Shown: in pieces, positions 25,065-64,000 of the stretch
Numbering within the stretch: the stretch's first letter is position 1
Layout of the letters: each line of letters starts with the position of its first letter
DNA from: Octopus vulgaris
Lineage: Eukaryota
DNA: 64,000 nucleotides
NCBI GenBank assembly: GCA_951406725.2
Contig: OX597831.1
Span: forward strand, 44,764,001 to 44,828,000
Direction: 5' to 3'
Translations under genes and position numbers: made by a program
Notes under the pieces: model-generated
The model's database searches: none
What the model saw: the letters and a program-made list of their open reading frames with translations, nothing else
What the model was told of the DNA's origin: nothing

Positions 25065-25470
25065 CAGTCACTAGACTGCAACCATGCAGGGGCACTGCCT
25101 TGAACATTTTTAGTCAAGTTGATTGACCCCAGGACCCAGTTTATTTTTAAAGTCTGGTACTTTCTATATCAGTCCCTTTTTGCCAAACTGCTAAGTTACA
25201 GGGATGTAAACAAAGCAACACTAGTTGTCAAGTGGTGGTGGAGGACAGACAGACAGACACACACACACACACACATACAAACACAAATACACGTGCAAAC
25301 ACACACACATCTATACAGTGGGATTCTTTCAGTTTCTGTCAACCAAGTCCATTCACAAGGCTTTGATCAACCTGAAGCTACAGTAGAAAATGCTCAATGT
25401 TCCATGGTGTGGGACTGAACCCGGAAACATGTGGTTGGGAAGCAAACTTCTTACCATAAAATCACACTTC
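25065..25470 (-). mobile_element. SINE family A (diverged)
   Basis: Reverse-complement copy. Confidence 0.75.
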
Positions 25471-25549
25471 ATATATATATATATTTAAGTAGATAAGAAA
25501 ATGGAGAGATAATTGATAATTATTTATTAAGTAAAAAATTAGACATCAT

Positions 25550-25630
25550 CTCTGACAGCTGTTTCGATTCCAGACCTTTAGAAATAATTACCATAATTAA
25601 AACCATTTAAAAGCTGAATCTCATCAGAGT
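25550..25630 (-). ncRNA. Minimal type-I hammerhead ribozyme motif
   Basis: CTGATGA-GATTC...GAATC-GAAAC-AGCT-GTC; palindromic stem III ACAGCTGT; stem I weak (2 bp). Confidence 0.6.
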
Positions 25631-26084
25631 TAGCTAAAGATATACAATTAGGTGTTCATATTCCTGCTTGTTGAGTATACAGCTCAAAACCGTTAACTGA
25701 TAAAATTTATATATAAAGAACTTGGTATAAACCTTACAAAGGGGAGGAAGGTGGTATATTTATTGGAGTTATAATGAAAGTAAGAATAGCACACTATATC
25801 CTTCTAGGGTGTTAAATTAAAGAAAATAGGTATATGAGCATAATTGCAATATATTACAATGTATTATGCACCAATACTAATGCTATAGATAATCTGTGTG
25901 TAAATTGATATTAGTAATTTGATAAGTGAATAAAACAGAAATTAAATAATAAAAATAAAGTATAAATTAAATTAGGGGGAAACTCATAAAATAGCTTATA
26001 ATTAAAGATAAAATGTGTATACAATCAAAATAATGACAATAGTTAAAGGTGCATTTTTTTGGGTGTGTTATAATATAATATAGT

Positions 26085-26375
26085 AGAAGCACATGGCCTA
26101 GTGGTTAGAGCAGCAGACTCGCAGTTGAGGGATCGCCGGTTCGAATCTCAGACTGGGCGATGTGTATGTTTATGAGCAAAACACCGAAGCTTCATCTGGC
26201 TCTGGCAGAAAGTAATGGCGAACCTCTGATGACTCTTTTGCTACAACTTTCTCTCACTCTTTCCTCCTGCATCTTGCAGCTTACCTGCGATGGACCAACG
26301 TCCCGTCCAGGTGGGGAACCTATATGCCAAGGAAACTGGCCCTATGAGCCAGGCATAGCCCAAGAAGGAACAAAC
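26085..26375 (+). mobile_element. SINE family C
   Basis: Homologous head and central domain to 40586-40886. Confidence 0.75.
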
Positions 26376-27053
26376 AACAACATAATATAATATAATATGA
26401 TTAAATACTACAGAGGTGAAAATGCAAATAGCCTAAAATAAAACAAAATAACTTAATAACATAAGATATAGTATGTTATTGCATAGTCAAGTGATAGTTT
26501 GTTATATGTAACTAGAAGCATAAACAGAATGCAATGCAGAGCAAATGTATATAAATAATATAAGTAATTAATTTTAGGTGAAAGACATTCTAAAAGATTT
26601 GTTACACTTAGGAAGTACCTAAGGAGTTAAGTAACTTAAAAGATGTAAGAACTTAATGTTAGGGTTAATTAATATATATTATTATTATTATTATGAGATT
26701 TGACTTTTAAATAGTTTTAATTATGGTAATTAATTTCTGAAGGTCTGGAATCAAAACAGCTGTCAGAGATGATGTCTAATTTTTTAAAATTAATAAACAA
26801 CTATTAATTATTTCTCTATTTTCTTATCTTCTTGAAATATATATATAAACCAGGGTTTGTCTTGTTACCTTACAGTTGAATATTAATTGTAATATTCTAC
26901 ACTTTTTGAATAGGTAACTAACCAGTATTTTCATTGGATTTTATTATCCCTTAATGAGGTTTGGAACCTTTATTTGAACTTATATATATATATATGTGTG
27001 TGTGTGTATGATATGTATGTATGTATATATATATATATGTGTGTGTGTATATG

Positions 27054-27086
<33 letters not shown>

Positions 27087-27094
27087 TATATATG

Positions 27095-27340
27095 TGGAGG
27101 CGCAATGGCCTAGTGGTTAGGGCAGTGGACTCGCAGTCGCAGGATCGCGGTTTCGATTCCAGACGAGGCTCCAGCAGGGGGTGGTGATCCCTGCTGTACT
27201 CTTTCACCACTCTTTCTTCTGTTGGCCTACTCGCTTAGCCAGCGGGGTGGCGTCATTCGAAGGCTAAAACAATGCGAATGCATTGTGACCAGCGATGTGT
27301 AACAACATCTGATGGTCTGGTCGGTCACGTGATCACATGA
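27095..27340 (+). mobile_element. SINE family C head with a different 3' tail
   Basis: Same head as 40586, diverging after ctctttcaccac. Confidence 0.7.
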
Positions 27341-28270
27341 TATATATATATATACACACATGCATACATGTATGTATGTATATGCTTGTGTTTGTCCCCC
27401 TACTCTCCTTGACAATTGGTGTTGGTTTGTTGACATCCCTATAGCTTTTTTTTGCATAAGTCAACAAAAGAATAAGAATAAGGTACCAATTTTTAAAAAA
27501 CATATAATTAGTGGGATTGATTCGTTTGAGTAAACCCTCTAAGGAAGTGCTCCAGTATGGTTGTAGTCCAGTGACTGGAACAAGTATACAATTAAGGATA
27601 CACACAATGGACCTTCAACTTCTCTCTTATGCTGTCTCACTTTTCATCCCTTTCTCGTATTGCAATAAGGAAATTGTCTGATATAATTACAAGAACAGTT
27701 AAGCCATAAAGCACTGGGATTTGCACTTATATAGCATGGACTGCTGAGCATATTTTATGAAAATGGGACTACCATGCATACAAAAAACAGAAAATAGTTA
27801 AAATATCTTCTTAATTTATAATGGTGGCAAGTTTTACATCATCTGATCAGTCATAAGTTGAACTATTTGTCCTCTTGCATTCTGGGGTGTATTGGAGCGT
27901 TTGAGTGACATTAGACCCTGACAAACGTCCATACGTTAAATGCATCTATCTGGCCCACAATCGTGGCCTGTCGACCCGTGCTTGATGGCCATGATAGTGG
28001 CCCATCGTGCTTCATGTGTTAAAAGTTGTACTAGTTGTTAGTCACTCTGGACATTACTGTTACAAGCCTTAGGATTCATTGGGCCAGTTACCCTGTTTCC
28101 ATTGTGTGTAAGTGACCAAGATCACAACATTATCCCTGAATGTGGTGCCAGTCCATTGCAAAGTTACTTACTTACACCTGAGTGGACTGAATTAATGTTA
28201 AAGTGTGTCTTTTTGCTCAAAAACATAACACACCACCTGGTCTAGGAATTGAAACCATGATCACAAAATT

Positions 28271-28993
28271 AGGATTTTTTTCTGTTTGGCTGCACCTGTG
28301 GAAATTTTAAAGTTTAGGGAAAATTTTTAAATCTGGTGTACTGACGTAATTTTTCAAGCTGAATCTCAGGAGATAATTCCCTTTTGCCAGAAGAATTATT
28401 TTAAAAAGTTACAAAGGTTTAAAATTTGATGATTTTTACCCAGTCAGAAAACAGGATTTGGAAGCTGTCATTTTGAGCATGATAGCAGGTGTTGTCAATA
28501 GTAAACAAATGAAACATTGGTGGAATTCTGTTTTATGCATGCCACATGACCCTTCATAACTTTTATGGAATTTTCAGAGAATTTTTGCAAATTTGTATTC
28601 TACACACAGGAATACAGCATGGCTGCAGTCAAATGACTGAAACAAGTAAAAGAGAGAGTGTGTAATTTAAGGCCTATTTAGCTGTTATTTTTAGCACATC
28701 TCATACAGCATGTGTTTTAAGCATTTAATAAGCGACCAAAAGAACATGTGGTAAGCAGCTTGGCTTGTTACTATGGAAATAGGTACCTCTATTTCTGTGA
28801 CTTTTGATTGGCTTAAATCACCTCAAATTTGCAAACTTTAAAAGCTATCAACTCTTTATTTATTGATTTATGGTGAAAATGAATTTCATGTCAATGGTTA
28901 CTTTATAAAACTACACAAATACACGAAATATGAAATCAATTGGGACAAAAGTTTGAAGAAATTGAAAAGTGGCAGCCAAACAGAAAAGATCCC
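28271..28993. mobile_element. MITE with TIRs (PIF/Harbinger-like termini)
   Basis: aggattttttctgtttggctgc / gcagccaaacagaaaagatccc, plus internal inverted similarity (~28400-28450 vs ~28800-28855). Confidence 0.65.
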
Positions 28994-31397
28994 AAAATAT
29001 GAAGGCAACACCCTAAGTTATAAGCCATGCACTTTCATAAAGGTTGCACTAGGCTACCATAAACAAAAATATATGAACTTAACTCTTTGAAAAGAGTACT
29101 TTTCAGTGTTTCTAAAAGACCATGTACCTGGCACATCATTTGCTACAATCACGAGTATTCTAGTTGAGATGATCACCAGAACAGCCTGCTCATAAAATTA
29201 AATTTGTAAGTGCTTGAGCACTCCACAGACATGTGTACCCTTAATGTAGTTCTCAGGGAGATTCAGTGTGGCACAGAAAATGATAACACTGACCCTTTGA
29301 ATTACAGGTTCACTTATGTTTGCTAGCTGAGTGGACTGGAGCAACTTGAAATAAATTGTGCCTCCAGGAATCAGACTCACTGCTAAGCCATGCATCTTCA
29401 CAAAGAACATGTGTGTTTAAATAAATGACACAAGTCTAAATTAAGTAAATACTGTATGACCAGTTTATTCCCTACTAATGCTTATTTAGTTCTGAGATTA
29501 ATGCAATAAAGTACCAATGAAACAGTGGGTCGATTGTACCCTCCCCTCAAAATTTGCAACCGTGTAGTAGGCTTCCCAACCACGTGGTTCTAGGTTCAAG
29601 TTCCATTGTGTAACATTATGGGCAAGTATCTTCTATTATTGCCATTGGCTGGCCAAACACTTGTGAATGGATTTGGTTGATTGAATCTGATACATACATA
29701 CATAAATATATACATATATATATATATTAATGTTTATATGCCAACAGAATGTGGCAGTCCTATAAAGGACGATGTTACTGTTGTTTTAGCCCCAAGAAAA
29801 CATCTTTTCCAGCTGGCTATCGACACACAATTTGTATCTGTATGTAGCATTTGCAAGGGAGGTCATTGCTCACATCTCTAGCCTTACGTGATACTCACAT
29901 ATACATACATCTACACATGCACACACACATGCTAAAATCAAACAATGAGAACGAGTGCTCAACACTGTATTGGTGAGTAAATATTCTTTTATTTGTTGGT
30001 TAACATGACTATATTTGGTTTCATGCTGACAATTCTCAGCATTTATCAAACCTGCCATATGAAACATTGCTACTCATCTCCATCTTGATGATGAGTATCA
30101 ATGTCTCATGTAGCAAGTTTGATAATTGCTGAGAATTCTCTCCATGAAACCAATTGTAGCCTTGTTAACCAACATTAAAAAAGTATATTCTATAATATAA
30201 ATTGGACGTGGGTGATCGTTGTATTCTTTCTTGTCTTGAGGTTCACAGCCAAATGGTTGGGTGGATTCGCATGGAAAATGGCTCACATGTAGAGACGGGT
30301 GCATAGATTGGAATGTGGTTCGTATTTTTTTCCTAGCCCCCATAGTTACCAAGAAAATCGATTAAAACTTTTTCTAATGGAATTCTCCTGTTTATTCCAC
30401 CATTAAAACAACCAGTTGCTCACACAGCTGGCATATACCATTTCACTAGCAACAAGGGGAGTACAGGATGATAGTCAGCAAAAACTTTCACTATGCTGTC
30501 TCTCTTCTTTCACCTCTTTGTGGGATTAATAATCTTAATCTTTATTTACAGTTTCTCATTCAAACTACATAATAGGCAGAATTGACATAATAGACAGTAG
30601 AGTGTTTTGAGGGAGATTTGGCTGCTATTTCTACCAGGTCTGGCTACCATTTAAAGGTCTGAACTTAATTTTCATTCACATATTTACATTTCAAAAAATT
30701 AACATCATCTTTTCCATAAATCAACTATTGTAAAATTTTTATATGATGGCCTCACATTTGTGTGTACCTTAAAAGACATCAAACATCACGACACACACCT
30801 TCACTCATACACTCTATCTCTCTTTCTCTTTCACATACACATGCACAAGCATGCACACACACACACACACACATACACATCCATTTCATATATCTTCTTT
30901 CAATTTCTGCTCTCTGCAAATAAAATGTTTTACGGATGCAACTGCTTACAAAAATAATTTCTTTCTATATTCATAATTAAATCAATGTTTTAATGATTAG
31001 ACAGAGGTTCAATAGAATAGATCTCAGAAACAGATTACGTACAAATTCGTTCTTTACAACTCCTGAAACTGTTTTCTGACAAGGGCGGGGTGGCGGTCAG
31101 GAAATTTTCATACAGCTGGAGGCTCCAATCGAAACAGGGGACCCGAAATGATAAGGTTGAGAATCACTATTATAGATTATACCTAACCGAAAACGATTAC
31201 AGCCACATCATCATAACAGACTGGGCGAAAGCAGGCTTAGCTGCTAGTTTATATATATATATATATATATAAATATACATACATACATATATTTGTATAT
31301 TTATGTATGTATGTGTGTATTAATGTTCTTTGCCTTGACTTCACATGATAGTTATAAACTGGTGTCACCACATTGCGAGCATGGGAAAGTGGACATT

Positions 31398-31409
31398 AAA
31401 ATGATGGTC

Positions 31410-31451
<42 letters not shown>

Positions 31452-31472
31452 GTGGTGATGGCGACGATGATG
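31398..31472. repeat. (GAT)n microsatellite (retroelement tail)
   Basis: Direct reading. Confidence 0.9.
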
Positions 31473-31754
31473 TACTAATGTTAAAAATCAGTACTTATAT
31501 AGTTATTGACATTGTACTTGTGTGTTTGTGTGTGTGTGTGTGTGTATGCATTTTGGGCAAAACTTGTACCAATGAACTGAAAGATCTGCATGAAGCTATA
31601 AATATATTTTAATTAATCTTGACTCTAATTGCCATTGTATTCTTATGTCATATTTTATTCCAGTACGTTTAGAAAACTCTGCACTCTGCACTCTCTTTTG
31701 CCATTGTTCTTTGACCTGAAATTGTTTGACTTCATCCTTGTCTAGATACCTGCA

Positions 31755-31851
31755 TTTTCTTTCTTTCTTTCTTCTTCCTTCCCTCCTTTCTTTCTTTCTT
31801 TCTTTCTTTCTTTTACCCTTCCTTCCCCATTCATCCATTTGTTTTTTCTTC

Positions 31852-31885
<34 letters not shown>

Positions 31886-31945
31886 CATTCATTCATTTAT
31901 TCTTTCTTTTTTCTTCCTTCCTTCCTTCCTTCTTTTCTTTCTACC
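31755..31945. repeat. (CTTT)n/(CCTT)n polypyrimidine tract
   Basis: Direct reading. Confidence 0.9.
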
Positions 31946-33199
31946 TTCTGCTGCCACTGCCACTATCATCGTTGTCATTGTCATTGTCTTTTAACATCCA
32001 TGCTTGCATGGAATTGTCAGTTTGACAAGGATCCCTTGGGTCCAAGGACTACATCATGCTCCAGTGTCTGCTTTGCCACGGTTTCTATGACTTGATGCCC
32101 TTCGTAATGCCAACCACTTTACAGCATGCACTGGGTCCTTTTTTTTTCACATCACCTGTACTCAAAGAATCAACATATCCCGAGGGAGTTGGGGACAGCT
32201 CTATGCAAAGGAATGACGGGTTAAAGTATGAAGAAGGATGGGATGCAGAGGAGGTTCTTCTAGAGGAGCTGCATGGCTAATTACATTCCAGTTTCTTTCA
32301 ATCCAAAAATAATGAAAAGAAGTTGTAAAAATGATTTCCAATCAAGTTTAAGAACTTTTTATAAGACAAATATTAGAGAGAAAACTATAACAATATCTTT
32401 CAGGTTTTTTACTTACAAATGTTTGGGATTTGTTAATTCTAACAGAGTTTGCTACACATGATTACCACTGGCAAGAAATTTTAAGAACTTCACTAGTAAG
32501 GAACAAAAACTAAAAAGATGTGAACTCAATGTATCTTTTTTCCATAGTCCTTAATTTCAAGTTCTAACTTCTAATCCCACCAAATACTATGAGGAAATGA
32601 TTATCTCCCTTGTATTAACTACCCGTTTGGGGCTATCTCATATTTGACTTACTGTTAAAATTTTCAATGCAAATTAATACCAGACATTTTAAGAAACAAT
32701 TCAAGAAGAACGTTATAAGAACATTGAACTTTTTGTTGTTTTCTCTTGTTGATGTTTTTGGTAGAATCGTTAGAGCAACAGACAAAATGCCTAGCGGTGT
32801 TAACTCATGGCTCTTTATGTTTAGGGTTTAAATCCTGCTAAGTTCAATCTTACCTTTCATCCTTCTCTGGGATCAATAAAGTAAAGAATTAGTTGTATAT
32901 TAGTGTTGATTTAATCTACTATTTCCCTGCCTAACCAAACTTGTGGACTTAAGACAATGTTAGAATCAATATTCATTTCCATCAATAATTCTCAGCTGTT
33001 TGCTAATAGTTGACTTATATTTTTGTTTTTAGTAAGACCCAAATAAAAGTTGTTTTTACCTCAAGGTATGACCTGGGCATTGACATGAGCAATGATGCAT
33101 CTTTCCAGGTGCATATTACTAATTTGATAATAAAATGCAGACGGCTGGCTGAATCCCCTGAACTTTCAAAATGAGAGAAAAGGAAACTATGATGGTCCT

Positions 33200-33770
33200 T
33201 TGGAGGGCACACTGTTCCAAACTATGGTCACCACAAAATATAAAATTAATGTGGAACTCAAAGCAATCCAACGAAGCCACACAAAAAGAATCATCTCAAT
33301 GCAACATATCAGTTATTGGAAAAGGCTGAAAGAGTTAAAAATTTCTCCCTAGAATAAAGGTGGGGAAAGATATGCAGTGACATACATCTGGAAAATCCTG
33401 GAAGGCCTTGTACCAAGCTTTGGTATTGAAAGTTACACAAACAGCAGAGCAGCGCACCACTGTAGAGTGCCAAAATCCCAGCATCACCCTCAAAATACAG
33501 GACTGGATACTGCAGCAACTCTTCAGTATTCTTCCAAAATGCCTGAGAGACCTGCATGGTGTGGATGTAGGTGTTTAAAAAAAAACAAAACTGGATCACC
33601 TCCTGTCAAGGGTTCCAGATGAACCTACTGCATGGCAGGAAGCACAGATGAGGACAGCAGCATCAAACTCCCTTTATCACCAAATGCCATATATCAGAGG
33701 TGGTTTCACATAATGGTGTAGCACAGCCAACAGTGGCCTGCATGACTACAGCTCTAAAGCTGAAACGATT
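33200..33770 (+). mobile_element. CR1-like LINE 3' fragment
   Basis: CSKLWSP...AIQRSHTKRI...SYWKRLKEL...YIWKILEGLVP. Confidence 0.7.
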
Positions 33771-34404
33771 TAAGGATTTATATATATATATATATACATA
33801 CACATACACGCGCGCACACACACACACACACACCTCTAAATGAACCTTTATCAAGCAGACTGTGATAAGAGACAAATTAACAAAATTATTAGTGCATATT
33901 TTTTCTTATTCTTTGTTCTGATTTCAAATCTTGCTGAAGTCAGCTTTGCCTTTTATCCTTCCAGGGGTCAATAAAATAGAGTACTAGTCCCAGGTGGTGT
34001 ATAGTTGGAATTTTTTGAATATCAGACAAGATTTCTTGTAGTCATTGTTTCAGTTTTTAGTCTTCTGGAGTTCTTGGGTGGTAGATTTTAACCTATAATC
34101 TGGTTTAATGCTACCGTCTTCTCTTTGGTTACCATTGGGGTCCTTTGTAGTCCTTGGGTATCTTTAGCAGAGTTTACTTTGTTTCAAGCACTTGGACCGC
34201 ATCTCAAGTTTGAGAAGAACTCCCTTTCTTCTACTATTCCCCACCAGCCACACAGACCTTGAGAAAATAGAGAGTTACGGGTGCTGTCTTTCCTTAAAAA
34301 ATGGACATTCCATCTGTAACAATCCCGTCTTTGTTTTATACCAAATTCATTAATTAATCATTCCTTTCTTTACAATATCTGTTAGTTATTATTGTAAAAG
34401 TCAT

Positions 34405-34720
34405 AGTGGCTTAGTGATAGGGTAATTGGCTCACAATTGTAGGGTTGAGAGTTCAATTCCTGGCTGTGCGTTGTGTGCTTGAGAAAACCACTTTACTTCA
34501 CTTTGTTCCTGTCCACTCAGCTGGCAAAAATGAGTTGTACCTTTATTTCAAAGGGCCAGCCTCGCCCCATCTGTGTCATGCTGAATCTCTTTGAGAGCTA
34601 CATTAAGGGTACGCATGTCTATGGAGTGCTCAGCCACTTGTACATTAATTTCATGAGCAGGCTATTCTGTTGATCAGATCAACTAGAACCCTCATTGTTC
34701 ATAATCAACAGACTGCCAAT
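34405..34720 (+). mobile_element. tRNA-derived SINE family D
   Basis: tggcttagtg...gagttcaattcctggc...tccactcagctggcaaaaatgag...gatcaactagaaccc; reverse copies at ~8830-9150 and ~29140-29400. Confidence 0.75.
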
Positions 34721-34959
34721 TTTTAAAGAAAGGAATACTAAATTAGTGAAATGAATAATTAATAAATTGAGAATGTATTTATGTACTAAAAATAAATAGA
34801 GGATAAAAAGCATTGATTTTATCAAGATACAACAAAACTACAATGTTGTCTAATCGACACAAATTCAGATGTAATTTCTTACTAAAAAATCATTTTGTTA
34901 TTTCAGTAAATATTTATATATTGTTTATTTATTTAATCATTTTTTTTTTATTACAGTAG

Positions 34960-63120
<28,161 letters not shown>

Positions 63121-64000
63121 GTAGGCTGATTTGATTATTATTACTATGTGTGAGTGTGTGTGTGTGCATCTACTCATCTGCATTCTAAGAAACACATGCA
63201 TAGAGAGGGATGCTTTGATTGTTATTACCTTATGTGTGTGTGGGGGGGAACGTACCCAGCTGTGCTCTAACACATGCACACATGCACACGTATGCAAACA
63301 GAGAGAGAGAGAGAGAGAGAGGCTTTGATTATTATCACACATGTAAACACACACATACACACACACACATGCATATACATGTAGACACACACACACACAC
63401 ATACACACATAGTGGGGTTGAAATGTTGAAATATTTCATACCCTGCCAAGCTTACGTTTGCCTTCCTCTCCCCTTATGCCCTTGACTCTCCTGCCTCTCC
63501 ACTACATGTTGACTACATCATCTTCCTCACTCCATCCCTCTGCCCTTTACCCATTACTAAGCTTACATATATGAAGCTGTATTGGTCCCCAATCATTGCC
63601 CTACCCTATACATGCTAACTTTACTCTGCTGTCCTGCCAGTCATCACTCTCTCTCCCCTGTAGACCAACTCTGTTACCACTTTTCACCTACTTTTGGTTA
63701 CATCTCATCACCCACCCTTATCTTTGTCCACCTCTGCTATTGCTTATCACTCCCCTCTTGACTTCACCTCAAATAGCCCTGCCATTTGCCATGATACTGT
63801 CACGTGGAGTTGTGGAGAGCATGAGGTTATCCCTGAAAATTACCTTTAGTCCCTGGTCTGTTCTGACCAAAAAAAGTAGTTGTAGTCAGGGTTCCATCTA
63901 TGTATTAAATAGATTTCCCAGAGGTAAAGGAGGCTCCCATTATTTTTGACAAAGCTGGTTAGAAGGCAGCTCTTATAGGAGGAAAATACTCTGACATTAA

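Larger units (their letters stand above)
25481..26840. mobile_element. Penelope-like remnant with ~145-bp inverted repeats carrying a hammerhead motif
   Basis: 25481-25624 is the reverse complement of 26693-26840. Confidence 0.6.

Noticed and set aside
26085-27170. tRNA genes at SINE heads (also 40586, 10596)
   Set aside because: They retain A/B boxes but not a full cloverleaf, and continue into dispersed-repeat bodies.
30196-30306. Missing Tudor-domain exon of ERCC6L2
   Set aside because: In-frame TAA immediately upstream with no AG acceptor; similarity is limited to a few residues.

Overview
Eukaryotic, AT-rich, repeat-dense genomic DNA. The SINE/LINE repertoire and (TA)n/(TG)n microsatellites suggest a coleoid cephalopod such as Octopus (inference). 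Two genes diverge head-to-head from a CpG-enriched, CCAAT-containing region at ~21.1-21.5 kb. (1) Minus strand: a TOPORS-like RING E3 ubiquitin/SUMO ligase. Its single giant coding exon (ATG at 4660, reading off the left edge, >1550 aa) is absent from the ORF track, consistent with no stop in the window; a putative 5' exon lies at ~21.1 kb. (2) Plus strand: the SNF2-family DNA-repair ATPase ERCC6L2, with 19 phase-consistent GT-AG coding exons from 34960 to 63120, continuing past the right edge. Introns hold several tRNA-derived SINE families, RTE/CR1/R4-like LINE fragments, mariner derivatives, piggyBac- and Harbinger-like MITEs and a non-autonomous Helitron. Beyond this inventory, the most notable signals are: about five unrelated families of minimal hammerhead-ribozyme motifs with palindromic stem III, several in Penelope-like inverted repeats; a SecA SEC-C-like Cys motif inside the ERCC6L2 ATPase; a very long TOPORS C-terminal extension; and an in-frame AUG-UAG start-stop in the putative TOPORS leader. 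Nearly all ORFs in the supplied track are repeat or microsatellite artefacts.
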